A stretch of DNA of 64,000 nt, from the NCBI RefSeq assembly GCF_009914755.1, contig NC_060926.1; one strand, 5' to 3'. This DNA comes from the human T2T-CHM13v2.0 reference genome, Homo sapiens. The stretch's first letter is position 1. Each line of letters starts with the position of its first letter. The translations under genes were made by a program, and so were the position numbers. The notes beneath the pieces were generated by a model that was given only the letters and a program-made list of their open reading frames with translations, made no database searches and was not told the origin of the DNA. Below are positions 47,619 through 62,476 of the stretch, piece after piece.

Positions 47619-49379
47619 TTAAAATATGAGTTCCCTATCACCTAGTAATTAAATTCAAATTCTATAATTAACTTATAAGAAAACTTTTCTCATCAGTTTT
47701 TAATAAATGTACTGAGTTAATCTCTGGGTGGTGCTGGTGGTGAATGTGAGGTGGGGGCTGGGGATTGAGATTGACTTGCTGGCTGATTGATTGACTAATT
47801 CAGGACATAGCAAAGAAGAGGACCATGGGTAAGTCCTGAAGCAAAACTACAGACAGCAGAAACAGGTGGGCTTCCTTTCATACAATTTCTGACATGGATT
47901 TTTTTTTTTAACTGCTCTTCAATCTCCTTTATTACCGTATCCTTCAATAATCTCTCCCTAGGTTCCAGCCTCTATTCTACCATAGGTTTACAGATACGGA
48001 ACAGTATCATAGATATATAACAGCAAGTTTATCATCTTTAACACTTGTTAAATAAATCAAAGAGTAGCAATGGGACAAGTGGTGCCTAAGAGAAAATGGA
48101 GGAGTCAAGAAAAATAATACGTATTATACAGAACTGTCTTGAGGACTCAAGAGAGTATATATCTACATCTACATAATTATGTATAGCAAATGTTGAAATA
48201 AATTAGTGCTTACTTGACATGTTTTTCTTCTTTCATCCTTATTTCAATATCAGAAAAACTTTCAATTAAAAGAATAAGCCAAATGTGCCAGGTTAGTGGT
48301 GGCTACCCATAGCTAAATGGAACATGAAGAAGCTATTCAGAAACCCTTTCTTTCCAGTCTCCCCTCCTCTATTCTCCCATGTACATTGCTAAACCTCTCT
48401 TAGACTTTTATCATAACAATTACAATATTGTCTCCATCATGACTATGAGTATTTTAATCTTCCCTCTTAATTGTATCTGTTTAAAGTCCCCATCTTATTT
48501 ACTTTTGTGGACTGCTTGCTTCTAAAACAGTGCCTAGAAAAGTAAAGGTGCATAGTAAGTATTTGGTTAATTGAATTAAATTTGAAGAAATTAATTTATT
48601 CCTTTCATATGTTATACTTCAGAGCCTAGGAAATTTATTTCATGGTTAAAAGGTGTAGCATACATAACTTTATTAAGTGGCGACTCAGAGATAATGAAAC
48701 ATTTCTCAATATATTTATGATTTGCCAATTCTTGGGAAATGTTCTATTATTAATAGATTTGTCACACAGAGGATCAGGAGAAAAAGTTGGCGAAGAGACT
48801 TCAAGGAGAAAAGAGTACAGAACTAAAATTGTGGATATCACTGGCATATGGATTTGCCCCTCTTCACTGAACTCAAAGGACACTCCATTCTCCTGGAGAG
48901 TTATTTGTAACTATGGATGGCCAGATAATTGCCTGTTAAATAGTGAATGAAAATTGTCAGGGGGATGAGGGAAAATGCAAGTCATTTACATTCCTCAGCA
49001 GAATTTGCAAACTAGTTCTACAACTCAAAGTAGTTTAAAGGAAAGTGGGTTGAAGGGTCATTGAAAAGAGATACAACTGATAAAGGTTGATTGGAATTTC
49101 TTGTCATATTAGCCAGTTAATGATGTATTTAAATTATCCTGTAGGCGCTTTCATTATACCTTAATGTTCAGAATTTAACTCTTTTAGTTTGAAAGTCCTA
49201 GATAAATTTTTCACATTTAAAGATGAATAATTCAGATACAGGACAGAGAGTACTGCTTAGAGCTACATACAAGATGAAGAGCAAAGGGTGATCTGTTGAC
49301 AAGCTGAGGAAGTCGGCAAAGGTAGGCCCTTTCTCACAGCGGCATTTGAGTTCTGCATTGGTACAGTTTTTATGATCAC

Positions 49380-49730
49380 TTTTGGCACTGTTTTGGGAAA
49401 ACAAGTACCTGTATACCCTTTGACACAGCACTTCCACCTAGAAATCTATTATTAAAAATGCTTAACATGCTCCAAGATAAAAGTACAGGTATTTTTTATT
49501 ACAGTATTGTCTATAATAGCAAAATACTGGCAACAAAATAAATTCCTGGCAATATGGGGCAAAGTTAAATTAATTATGGTATAATCCAAGCAACTAATAG
49601 CATACAACAGATAGAAAAAAATTACGTGAAAATCTATGCATAAAATATTAAGTGAATAAAATAAGTCACAGAGTAATCTATAGTACATATGTTTTAAAAA
49701 TCCTTTATATGCCCATTAAAAAGGTACAAA
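49380..49730 (+). mobile_element. L1ME fragment
   Basis: ataccctttgacacagca...tataatagcaaaatactgg...atattaagtgaa. Confidence 0.7.
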
Positions 49731-49923
49731 AGTGGCAGGCATGGTGGCTCATGCCTGTGGTCCCAGCACTTTGGGAAGTCAAGGTGTGTGAATCACTTGA
49801 GCCCAGGAGTTCAAGACCAGCCTGGGCAACATGGTAAGACCCTGTCTCTACAAAATACAAAAAAAAAAAAAAAATTAGCCAGGCATGGTGGCACTTGCCA
49901 GTGGTCCCAGCTACTTGGAAGGC

Positions 49924-50601
<678 letters not shown>

Positions 50602-50886
50602 GAGGCTGAAGTGGGAGGATCACTTGAGCCCAGAAGGTCTAGGCTACATTGAGCTGAGATCATACCACTGCACTCCAGCCTGGCGACAGAGTAAGACCCA
50701 GTCTCAGACAAGGTGTAGAAGCATATTTTTTTTTCTTTTAACTTTTATTTTAAATTCAGGGGTACACATGGAGGTTTGTTACATACATAAACTTGTGTCA
50801 CAGGGGTTTTTTGTACAGATTATTTCATCACCCAAGTATTAAGCCTAGTACCCATTAGTTATTTTTCCTCATTCTCTCCCTCCTCC

Positions 50887-51911
<1,025 letters not shown>

Positions 51912-52699
51912 CTCCCACCCTCCACTCCAATAGGCCCCAGTGTGTGATGCTATCCATGTGTCCATGTGTTCTCATCACTTAGCTCCCACTTATAAGTGTG
52001 AACATGTGATATTTGGTTTTCTGTTCCTGCTTTAGTTTGCTAAGGATAATGGCCTCCAGCTCCATCCATGTTCCTGCAAAGGACATAATCTCGTTCTTTT
52101 TATGGCTTCATACTTTAAAAGAAATATGCATTATCTTGTAACGAAAGCTTCAAAAATAGTTTGTTGATGTTTGTTGTTACTTAGTAATTTTGGGTTAAGA
52201 GTTGTAACCCATAAAATTTATGGGTACATCCTCCAAAAATTTAACCCTGTGATTACCCTACAAAATATGGAGTAAAATTCAGATAAGTATTTTTGTTCAA
52301 CATTCCACAGATCTTCAAATGTATACTTCCCATTCTTTATTAATATAATCAGTTTTTTAAAAGTCAAGAACATAAGTTACCAATTTATTTAAAATCATGT
52401 TCTAGAGCAACTTTTATATGACCTCTGCTACTTTTCTCATTAATCCCTATTTCTGTGTTAATAGTGTCCTATTTATAATAAAATATCTCATCCGGTAGTT
52501 TGTGTGTTACATTGTTACAAGCTACTCAGCTTTTAATGAGCTACAATAGGCAATATTTCTAAAAAAAAATTGTGTCTGTGACTGTCAAGTTTTTCAAGAT
52601 GCTACTTATACTCTTCCCCAGAGATTTTCTCTTCTTTCACATAGAGATGTTCTTTCCTTCCTTGAGGTAAATTAGAAGAGGTAGAAAGGTCTGTATTTT

Positions 52700-52890
52700 G
52701 GGAAGTATACAGTGTGGTTCCTGCATCAGCATCACTTGGGAACATGTCAGAAACATTAGTCCTCAGGCCCTGCCCAGACCTGCTGGATCTGAAACCTGGG
52801 GTGGCAGGGTCTGAGGGGGCAGGACTCAGGACTCTATGATAACAGGCTTTTTAGGTGATTCTGAGACACACTCAAGTTTGTGAACCACTG
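52700..52890. mobile_element. MER5A
   Basis: gcatcagcatcacttgggaac...ggtgattctga...caagtttgtgaaccactg. Confidence 0.8.
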
Positions 52891-53859
52891 AGATATAGAC
52901 CACAATGAGATTTTTTTTTTGTAAAGGAGATGGTGCTTTCCTATTTAGCTTCCTCTTTCATCACTTAATTATTTCAAAACCTAGAGCTACATGTAAAACT
53001 ATACATCTTAAATTGACTCTTCTGTCATCTTCAGCCCCTAAGTACCTCTGTTTTCGAACCTTCAGAGTTGTTTTCTTGAATACCTTATATTCCCTAATGA
53101 GAATCAGAACCTTTTGCAAAGTATGAAAACAAAAGATTTGTTTAAAAAAACATTTAAGCAGGTTTTATTATAATTGCATGGCTAACAATAATATCTCATT
53201 TTCTATACTGAGTAGAAATTAAATTTGTGAGGCTTCACACACAGACACAAAAATACTAAGAGGGAAAACACTCCATCTTACTTATGTTACTTGGAAAGGC
53301 TTTTGGAACCAAAATATTTACTCTAGATTTAAAAAGTTAAAATTATTCCATTATTCTCTCTAAATCCAGAGATGTCAAATAAAACCAAGTTAAATCTAAA
53401 TTTCAAAAAGCATGATCAAACAAGATTTTTATAAATATTATTTTAGAAATAAGTTTTTTCTACTACCTGCTCACAGAGTCAGTGTGTAATTGTTTCAAAT
53501 TTAATGAGTGGCTGGAAGGAATCACTATATTTAATTTTCAAGTAACACATAACCAGCAAATGCCCCTGAAAACATCACTTGGGAGGAAGAAATGTTTTTT
53601 TCTTTAAGAGCACAGTGGAAAGTTAGCACCTACTGAGTGGGAAATATTAATCACTGAGTTTTGTGTTGTTCTCCTCTCCAAGTAGTAAGAGTCTGAGTAA
53701 CTTTCTACTTCTTTAGTATACTACTTGGAAAGAAAATAGAGACCACAAGAAAACCGCAAACTTTTGAGAATGATTTCAGCAGCAGACTCTGAAAGGGCAA
53801 GACATAAAATTCCTCTCTTGAGTTCTTGGGGTTTCATGTAAATAAGACTTCAACATTGG

Positions 53860-54020
53860 ACGATACTAAAATTCTGATTCCAAGTCCTACCTCCCAATTG
53901 AGTTGTCAGTTATTCCAATTTAACAGACCTGAGTCAGAGCCCAGTAATTTGCATTTTTAACAAATATACTGAGATGATTCTGATAAGATGGTAAAGAGTC
54001 CAAACTTTGAGAAAACTGGC
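53860..54020. mobile_element. MER5-family fragment
   Basis: aatttgcatttttaacaa...tgattctgat...actttgagaaaactg. Confidence 0.65.
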
Positions 54021-54573
54021 CATTATTTGATGTCTCCTTAGCTCACAAGAATAAGAAGCTGTAAGTGTAAGTAGTAGTTGGTAGATTTGAAATGCTAAGC
54101 TAGGATTTTCAAAAAATTGTTTTTGGAACATTAGTTCTGGAATGTTCCAGGATTCATGTGCCAAAACCAAAGAGTTCTGGGTCAAAATGTTAAGAAAATG
54201 CTGCATTCCAAATATTCCCTTTGGGAATTTGATTCACAAAGTCCACTAACATATGGAAGGCCCTGAAAAGTACCTCGATTTTTTAAAAGTTTTATATTTT
54301 GCTTAATAATTAAACTTCTTTGCAAGAAAAGGTTTTTTTTTTTATCTTTATAAATTTAGTGACATTTCCCCAGAAGAGTTTTGTGTTATTATTATTACTT
54401 TTTTTTTAATAATACTTATTTGGAACAGGTTAGGCTAATCTGTAAAATTCAATCCTGTTGCCAATAGAAAGAAAACATGTATTAAGTAGATGAGTGGGAA
54501 AAAAAATGGTTTTGGGCGTGGACCTAAATCAGGAAGCTTCTATAATCTCTCCATCATAAAAAAGAGCAGAATT

Positions 54574-54895
<322 letters not shown>

Positions 54896-56335
54896 TCACT
54901 CCATCTTTGCACACCAGAGAATGCAAAACAGCACTCTGGTGAGAGAGAAGAGCTGCAGAGTCAAGAAATTTGCAGATTAAGGGCAGTTAACACTAATAAG
55001 TAGTACTTTGGACAAACACAACTCAGTGTGTTATCAAAACACTTTATGTTGACTTCCACAGAATTTATGCAGTTGCATAAGATTTATCCCCTCCAACTAG
55101 AAAACTCTGAAAGCCTTGTGCCTTTTCTGATCACTCTTTCATGATAGAAGTATTTTGGACTTGGTCTTAATTCAGGAATTTAAAATGTCCAGTCCAGTAC
55201 ATTAACAATTTTTATCATACAATATACATTTATGTTACTGTATATTACATAGTATATTATTATATACTATATAATAGCATATACACTATAAAATTATCAT
55301 TGTAATAACAGCTTGATCTTCATTCAAAAGTAAGACTTCACCATAAACCTGCCCAACCTCCTCATCTATGACTCTGTCAATGGGAAAAACTGTGTGGACG
55401 CTTCCTTCTTTCTCACTTATCTTATTCTTCAGCTGCTCTTGTGGAGCCTTCAGAGGTTGAAGCACCAAGAAGGAGAGAGGGAAGAAGAGAAAAAGAAACA
55501 TACTTTCTTATTTGAGTAATATACTGTATCTTACCTTCACACTCTGAGCCAGGTGGATGCTTGAAAATGCTTCCTTGTTTTATGGGCATTCCCATTTCTT
55601 GGAGGGACCTGTGCTATCTCCTCTGACTGAGACTTTCAGGCACTGGGCAGTACATTCTCTCACCCTGGTTTTGCTCCTCTTTAGTGCAGATTTTCAGGTG
55701 ATCTGCTCCCCTACGACTCACTAATTGGAGTCCCATTGGCCCCCCATGTGACCCTCTTGGATAAAAATCAAAATGGCTCTCGTCTTGTTTGTTTCTCCTG
55801 TTTGCCCCCAGTCAGGTTTATAGATTGACGCATCCTCTACCTTGGTAAGTCCTGAGAGTGGAGACAGATTTTAAAACGATAACATCTTTGCTTCCAAAGC
55901 AGCTTGCTAGCCTTCCTTGCCCTCTAGATTTCATGAGCAGATATCAGAACAGTCCATTGTGTCTGCCATTCACCTAACAAGTTCTCCATTAGCCTATGGA
56001 AGCACCTCTTTTAAATTTGAAATCAAGTAGGCAGCATCCCACTTCCTTGGGTGGGTAGGTGGAAGAACTTAAAGCACAGAGCATGCTCTAGCCCAAGGAA
56101 GATTTCCAAATTAACTGTAGGATATCCAGTTACATTTGAATTTCAGGTAAACAACAAATGATTTTTCTTAAATATAAGTATGCCCCGTGCAGTATTTGGA
56201 ACACAATTATACCAAAAAATTATTTATTGTTTATCTGTGGGGTATTTTATCTGACATCAACCAATTCTCCAGCCCTCCAGATACCAACAAAGTGTTGCAC
56301 AAATTCTGACTCTAAAGTTAGTGCAGACCCCACAA

Positions 56336-56991
56336 TGAGGCAGCATCATTGTCTAAGGTAGATACCTGGGGTTTGTCATCTCACACCAAGAAGATTAAGG
56401 ACATAGACGCACACGAGGAGTGGGTTTAGGAGTGGAGGTTTAATAGGCAAAAAAAAAAAAAAAAGAGAGAGAGAGAAAGGAGAACAGCTCTCTCCCTTGC
56501 AAGACAGGGGCTTCCCAAAAGAAAATCCATCCAGCAGTGGACTGCACTAGATTTTATTGGCAGGCCTGAAGAGGTGGTGTCTGATTTACATAGGGCCCAC
56601 AGATTGGTTGGATCAGGTGTGACATTTAAATAGCACTGGGAGAAGAGTGACCAACCCATCCTGATCTTATTATCCAAATGGGCTTTCCACTTGGCCGGTG
56701 CCATCTCGTCTGCGCCTTACTGTACACGTGGCTTGGCAAAGAGAAGGGAAGATGGAGCCACCATTTTGAACATGCCTACTCCCAGGTAGCCTTTTCCCAT
56801 TGGCACAACGGCCGCATTCACCAGTGCAAGCTCCCAGCTTGCTTATCGGTCTGCAGCTCAATTTTACAGGCTGCCCTTTATTAGAAAAGGAAATAATTTG
56901 GGGGCTGCTTTTCATTAAAAGGAAAACCTTACCAAGGACTTTCCTTACCCTCACTAGCTGCCTAAATAATTTCTTTTTAACTCCTATAACG
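56336..56991 (-). mobile_element. ERV1 solo LTR (LTR43-like)
   Basis: Minus strand reads ...GGAGTTAAAAAGAAATTATTTAGGCAG...TTTTAATGAAAAGCAGCCCCC; TSD ACAA/ACAG. Confidence 0.8.
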
Positions 56992-57157
56992 ACAGCATAA
57001 GGTCTCAGGACCACAAGGCTGCCCCCACTTCAGAAACCAGCCGCAAGTCCCAGGTTTTCTGTACTTCTGACTGAATGACTATAAATTAGAGGTTCCTATT
57101 GCCACCTCCTCAGGTTCAATAATTTGCAAGAAAGAACTCAGGAAAACAGTTGACTTA

Positions 57158-57558
57158 TGTTAAAAGAGAAACCTTAGACAAATTAAATTTCACAATGTTT
57201 AACTGAGAAAAGAAAAATCTGCAAATCAAGCAGCCTTTGACCAAGAATAGGTTCAGAGAGACTCTGCTGCTGTTGCATGATAGGAGAGGATTTATGGACA
57301 GAAAAAAGAAAGTGACATACAGAAAACAAAAGTGAGTTACAGAAACAGCTAGATTGGTTACAGCTTGGTATATGCTTTATTTGAGCCTAGTTTGAACAGT
57401 CAGCCACTCTTGATTAGCTGAAGCTCAGTGATTGTCACAGGAGTAGGTTACAGAATGTTTACATATCAGTTAGGTTACAGTTCATGACATATGGAGAAAC
57501 CTTTGGGCCAAACTTAAAATTTGCAAGGAGGCAGCTTTAGGCTAAGCTTAATTTAATA
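57158..57558 (-). mobile_element. MER57-family solo LTR
   Basis: Same family as 26887-27278; TSD CTTA on both sides. Confidence 0.88.
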
Positions 57559-58040
57559 CTTACTTTTACTAGCTTATTATAAAGGATACATCTCAGGAAC
57601 AGCGAAATGAAAGAGAGGCATGGGGCAAGGTACTGGGCGAGCTGGGAGGTGCACAGAGCTTCCATACTTTCCGGGTTTGCAATCCTCAGAGCATCTGGAT
57701 GTGTTCACCAACCCCAAAACTCAGCAACTCAAAAGTTTTTATAGCATTTAATCATCCTTCTCCCCCCAACTTCCAGGAGGTCCAGGGGTGGGATTCAAAG
57801 TTTCAGCCTTCTAATCACTTTATCTTCCTGGTGACCAGCCCCGTCTTGAGGCTAGAGACTCTACCTTCATTACATTTTTAGACAAACTAAAATGTGATCA
57901 AAAGAGACTTTTTTAGAATAACAAAAAACATTCCAATCACTCAAGAAAATCCAAGAATTTTAGGAACTCTGTGGTAGGAACCAGAGACAAACACTAAATA
58001 TACTTCTTTCTGTACCATAATCTGAAATTCAATGTAACTG

Positions 58041-58855
58041 TGTAATCACCCAACAGGTTCTTCTTGCCTGATGCATGGATAAAATCAATATACTGAAACA
58101 TGGCAGTATTGCAGTAGAGAAAGTGTTTAATTAACACAGGGTTAGGAAAGTGGATTTATTTATTACTCAAATTAGCCTCCCTTAGAACTCAGAGGCTAGG
58201 GTTTTTATGGATAATGTGGTAGGCAGGGGGCTGGGGAATGGGTGCTGCTGATCATTTGGGGATGAAATCATAGGAATGTGAAAAATGGTCCTCATGTCCC
58301 AAGTCAGCCTCTGGGTGGGGCCCACAGGACCAGTTGACTCATGAGTCACAGGCCCAAGTGGAGTCAGTCAGTTGCCTGAATGCAGAAGTCTGAAAAACAT
58401 CTCAAAAGACTAATCTTAAGTTCTACCTAAGATGGTAGAACCTCCTATAGATAAGTGGTGTTATCTGTAGGAGCAATTGGCAAAGACACAAATCTTGTGA
58501 CCTCAGGCCACATAACTCCTGAGCAGTGGGGGTTATAGAAAAGCAAGCTAGGAAACAGTGGCTGGTAATCATTTAACCTTGCCTATATCTTAGCACAATT
58601 CAGGCCTCTCCCATAATCCTAATCTTGTGGTTTTACAAAGGCAGTTTCATTCTTAGAACAAGGAAGGGGTCAGTTTTAGGGCGGGATATTATCATCCTTG
58701 CTTCAAAGTTAAACTATAAACTAAATTTCTCCTGTACTTAGCTTAGCCTACAACCAGGAATGAGCGAGGACAGCCAGACTATGAGGCTAGAAGCAAAATT
58801 GAGTCAGACATGCTAGACTTCTCTTGCTCTCATATTTTTTGCAAAGGAGGTTTCA
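58041..58855 (-). mobile_element. LTR8-family solo LTR
   Basis: Minus strand begins TGAAACCTCCTTTGCAAAA and ends ...TTACA; TSD ACTG on both sides. Confidence 0.85.
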
Positions 58856-60649
58856 ACTGGACATCCTGTATTTTTATTTGCTAAGTCCAACAGCTCTACA
58901 CCAGATAAATCTCTTAAATATTTTCCTTCCATAGCCACTCTCCAAATATTTTATCCTCTGAAATTGGCTGATGGTTACAAGAGATGTGAAACCGTTTCTC
59001 TGGATTTTTTAGCTCACTCTGCTTGAGCACCTTACTTTAGAATTTCTTATCTACTGTGCCCTGGCACATTAGTGGAAACATAATTTAGCAACCTGTCATG
59101 CTAACTATTAGCAGTAGGCACTTTGCAGAACATTGGAGATGGCAAATCCTTATAAGAATACTCTATTTTTAAGTGGACTTTGAACATTCACATTAGAGAC
59201 TGTTTGAAATAACCATAAGGGCTCTGACACAAAGAATTAGTATCCAAGTAACAAACAGCCTAGTATGAGGACAGCATAGTACACAAAGAAGTGAATCAGC
59301 AGATATTAAAATGAAAACAAAAGATGGAGATTACAGAGCACACAGGAGCAGCTAGCTAGCTCTGTTAGCTATAGCTATAGTTTCCTATCACTTTCTTAAA
59401 GAACATTAAAATTAGTATAAGAACAAACATTCAACATTTACAAGTTTTGCATGTTATATTAAGTTTATTTTATTTTCATTGTGAATTGTCTGCCATTTCT
59501 AATGAATCTTTTTTGTTGTTGTTTTCATAAAGAACCAAGTTTTTAAACTCCTGCAAGTATTATTACAGGTGTATATCTGAACCCATACATAGCAGTCTAC
59601 ACCTTGCACCCCATATTATTTTCTGGGCTAATTTCTGTTGGTGAGTTTTGGAAAATGTTTAAGGACCTCAGGTACCAAATTGAGGTAATACAGTTAAGAT
59701 AAACTCTCAGAAAAGATCTAAGAATTCTACCTGTGTTAGAAAACAGGATTCGGGGATTATGAAAAGATGATGACCTATGCACAGGTCACTTCATATCTTT
59801 GCCAATGTTCTTTGGGGATGGTTTCCTAGATGTGTAATTGCTGGGTCAAAAAGTAAGTGCATGTGAATTTTTACTGTTGTCAAATTCTACTCCATAACTG
59901 TAGAAATGTATGAGTGTCTGTTTTCCCAGTCTTAGAGCATATGATAAAACTTAGATTTTTGTTAATCTGATAGGTGAGAAACGGTACCACAGGAGAGTTT
60001 CGATTTGTGTTTCTCTCATTACACGTGAAGTTAAGCATCTTTATAGGTATTTAAGAGCAATTTACATTATTTTTTCCTTTAGTCTAGCTTTCAATTAGGC
60101 ATAGGCTTTTCTCAATTTTTAGAAGGATTTCTTATCCTTCTAAATCCTTATATATTATAAGGATTATATATTATATCCTTAATATATTTCTTACATATTA
60201 ATCCTTTGTTTTTAAGTAGAAATATTTGCTAGTTCGTGATTTGTCAATGATATTGGATATTTTGAATTACATGTAGAAGTTTTTGCCACTTCTGATTTTA
60301 AAGAAAATTATCCATATATGTACATAGTTTTCTTGTTTATACCAAGGGCTCTAATCCTATAGAAATTATCCTGGTCTCTGATGTGAAGAATTGATTGAAT
60401 CTTTCCTAATCTTATCCCAAAATATACATTGAATTTGTTATTTTTCACAACCAGTTATTTAATTGACAGTGCTATTATTGGGGTTTTTTGTTTACTCTTT
60501 ATTTCTACCTTTTCTTTAATTATTTCATTCTTCTGAGTTTATTAGCTACATGTGGCTAGTGTCTGCTGTTTTTGATAGTGCAGCTTAGATTACAGCAACA
60601 TTGTCATAATATTGATGAGTTAAGTCGTTCACTAGAGAGAGTGAGGGCA

Positions 60650-60850
60650 TAATAGGCTGTGGTGTTAGAAGGCAGGAATGTGGTTATTTTTGTTGAGGAT
60701 GGGTAGTGACCAGAAGGTGGCATGAGGGGGTTTCTGGGGCTTTGTGATGTTTTGTTTCTTGATCTGTCACTGTTCCATAAATATATTCATTCTGTAAAAA
60801 TTCATAGAGCTGTGCCTTATAGTTTGCACACTTTTCAATATAAATTAAAA
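60650..60850 (+). mobile_element. L1ME/MC 3' UTR end
   Basis: ggtgttagaaggcagga...catgagggggtttctgggg...tttcttgatctg...aaaattcatagagctgt. Confidence 0.7.
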
Positions 60851-61009
60851 GAAAGAATATACTAAGTGGAATTTATTTTAGTCATGCGAAGGTGTTTCAA
60901 TAATAGTAATATACCATATGATTTTTATAGTTGACATTTGATAAAATGTAGCACTGATTCCTGACAAAAACATACAATAAAATAGTAACTGATACATTCT
61001 TTCTCAATA
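60851..61009 (+). mobile_element. L1 ORF2 fragment, opposite to the surrounding L1
   Basis: aagtggaatttatt...atgcgaagg...accatatga...catttgataaaat...ttctcaata. Confidence 0.6.
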
Positions 61010-61157
61010 TAAGCATACCTCAGAGGTATTGCATATTTGGTTCCAGATCACGTCAATAAAGGAACTATCACAATAAAGTGAGTCACACAATTCTTTTGGT
61101 TTTCCAGTGCATAATAAAAGTTATGTTTACACTATATTTTATTCCATTAAGTGTGCC
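61010..61157 (-). mobile_element. Tigger1 3' end with right TIR
   Basis: ta+taagcatacctcagaggtattgc...ggttccaga...gagtcacac...ataaaagttatgtttacactata is the reverse complement of the Tigger1 end. Confidence 0.85.
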
Positions 61158-61602
61158 AGTAAATTCAATATACTGATTTAAGATATCTTCTTGATCATAC
61201 ATCAATTTTCATATATACCTGGGTCTCTTTCTGGATTTTTCTATTTGGTTCTGATAAGTATTAGTCTGATAAGTCAGATTCACACCCCAATACCACAGCG
61301 TTTTAATTATAATGATATTAAAAAATGTTATAACATATCATAGGGTGAGTACTTCCTCCCCAGAAATACCCCGCAACACTTCTGCCACATTGATTTTGTC
61401 ATTCCCAGAACTCTATAGCTATTCATTTATGCTTATTTTTTCTTTTAAACTTTATAATCAACCATTCCAGTTACAGAAAAAAAAAATTTTAAATGTGATT
61501 GCAATAACACCATGAAATAAATTAGGAAAAATGGAATCTCTTTAAAATGATTTTTTGTACTAAAATATATGGCATGCCTTTTTCTTTGTTCAAGTCTACT
61601 TT

Positions 61603-62116
61603 TGTTACCTGAAAAAAATCCAGGGTTTGTTTACCTAGTAAATAACAAACAACTCTCCATGACAACAGGTTTTGACCAGTAAGAGTTTTATTACTTGGCC
61701 CAAGTAAGGAGGACATGGGAGTATTCCCCAAAACAATCTGCCTGAGGGAAAGTGACAATAGGGTTTCATGGGGTAATGGATGGGGAGAGGGTCTCATCAC
61801 ATATAGAGAAGGGGTCCCAGTTGTGCAGATGCAGTGAGTCATCATGCCAGCACATAGGTTGCATGTTATGCTAATGAAGCTATAGCTCCTCCCACTTGGA
61901 AACTTTAGCATGGTAATGAGGGAAGTTCACTCAGGCTCATCTATAAGTTGCTAGGTCTGTCAGGAGCTGGTTCCAGACAACAAAGTGACCACATTTCCTA
62001 CCAGGTTTGGGGAAAAACAGGCTGCAGAGTAGGAGGCTGTAAAATAGGCTGATGGCTCAAATTGATTAAATTCCGATAATCCCTGGAGACCCCCCCAACC
62101 GCTGCATCTGCTTGAG
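61603..62116 (-). mobile_element. ERV1-class solo LTR (family not assigned)
   Basis: Begins tgttacc; ttttatt gives a minus-strand AATAAA; 4-bp TSD CTTT at 61599-61602 and 62117-62120. Confidence 0.7.
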
Positions 62117-62476
62117 CTTTTGTACATTTATGCTGAAACTCTTATGTTATCTTTTCCTATTTTAAATAGAATCTTCTCTGCTCTTATACTCACTTTTACA
62201 TACATGAAATTTTCAGTTTTCTAATATGAGTGTTATATATGGCCATTTTACTAAATTTGCTGATTATTTGCAGTGGTTTTCCTTTGATTCTCTTGACCTT
62301 TCCAAATATGCAATTATAATAGAGATTTTTGCCACTTCCATTACAGTTCTAATTACTAAGTATGTTATATTGTCTAATTACATTAATATTGCAGATGATA
62401 GGTAAATTTGCCTTATTTAGTAGAAATGGGTTTCATATTTCTTAATAAGAAGTTGGCTTTTAAAGTGAGGGACATA

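Larger units (their letters stand above)
56237..58019 (-). mobile_element. MER21-family LTR hosting two more LTRs
   Basis: caaccaattctcc, gtgcagaccccaca, aagaactcagg, gatgtgttcaccaaccc, ggaaccagagacaaa; approximate TSD ATCT. Confidence 0.8.
56100..58898. mobile_element. MER53 MITE in three pieces
   Basis: 56100-56236 ccagttacatttgaatttcagg...ttgtttatct; 58024-58040 gaaattcaatgtaactg; 58860-58898 gacatcctgtatttttatttgctaag. Confidence 0.8.
59790..62476 (-). mobile_element. Old L1M ORF2/3' segment in pieces
   Basis: 59790-60460, 61160-61602, 62117-62476: aattgctgggtcaaa, aatctgataggtgagaaa, gggtctctttctgga, ccaataccacagcgttttaatta, ttgattctcttg. Confidence 0.7.

Noticed and set aside
55190-56060. 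Possible ancient LTR-like segment; also MER103-like traces near 5355-5560 and 54100-54440
   Set aside because: Too diverged to assign family or boundaries by eye.
56100-58898. MER53 as a miR-1302-type hairpin source
   Set aside because: One arm is broken by ~2.6 kb of LTR insertions, so the hairpin cannot form as a precursor.
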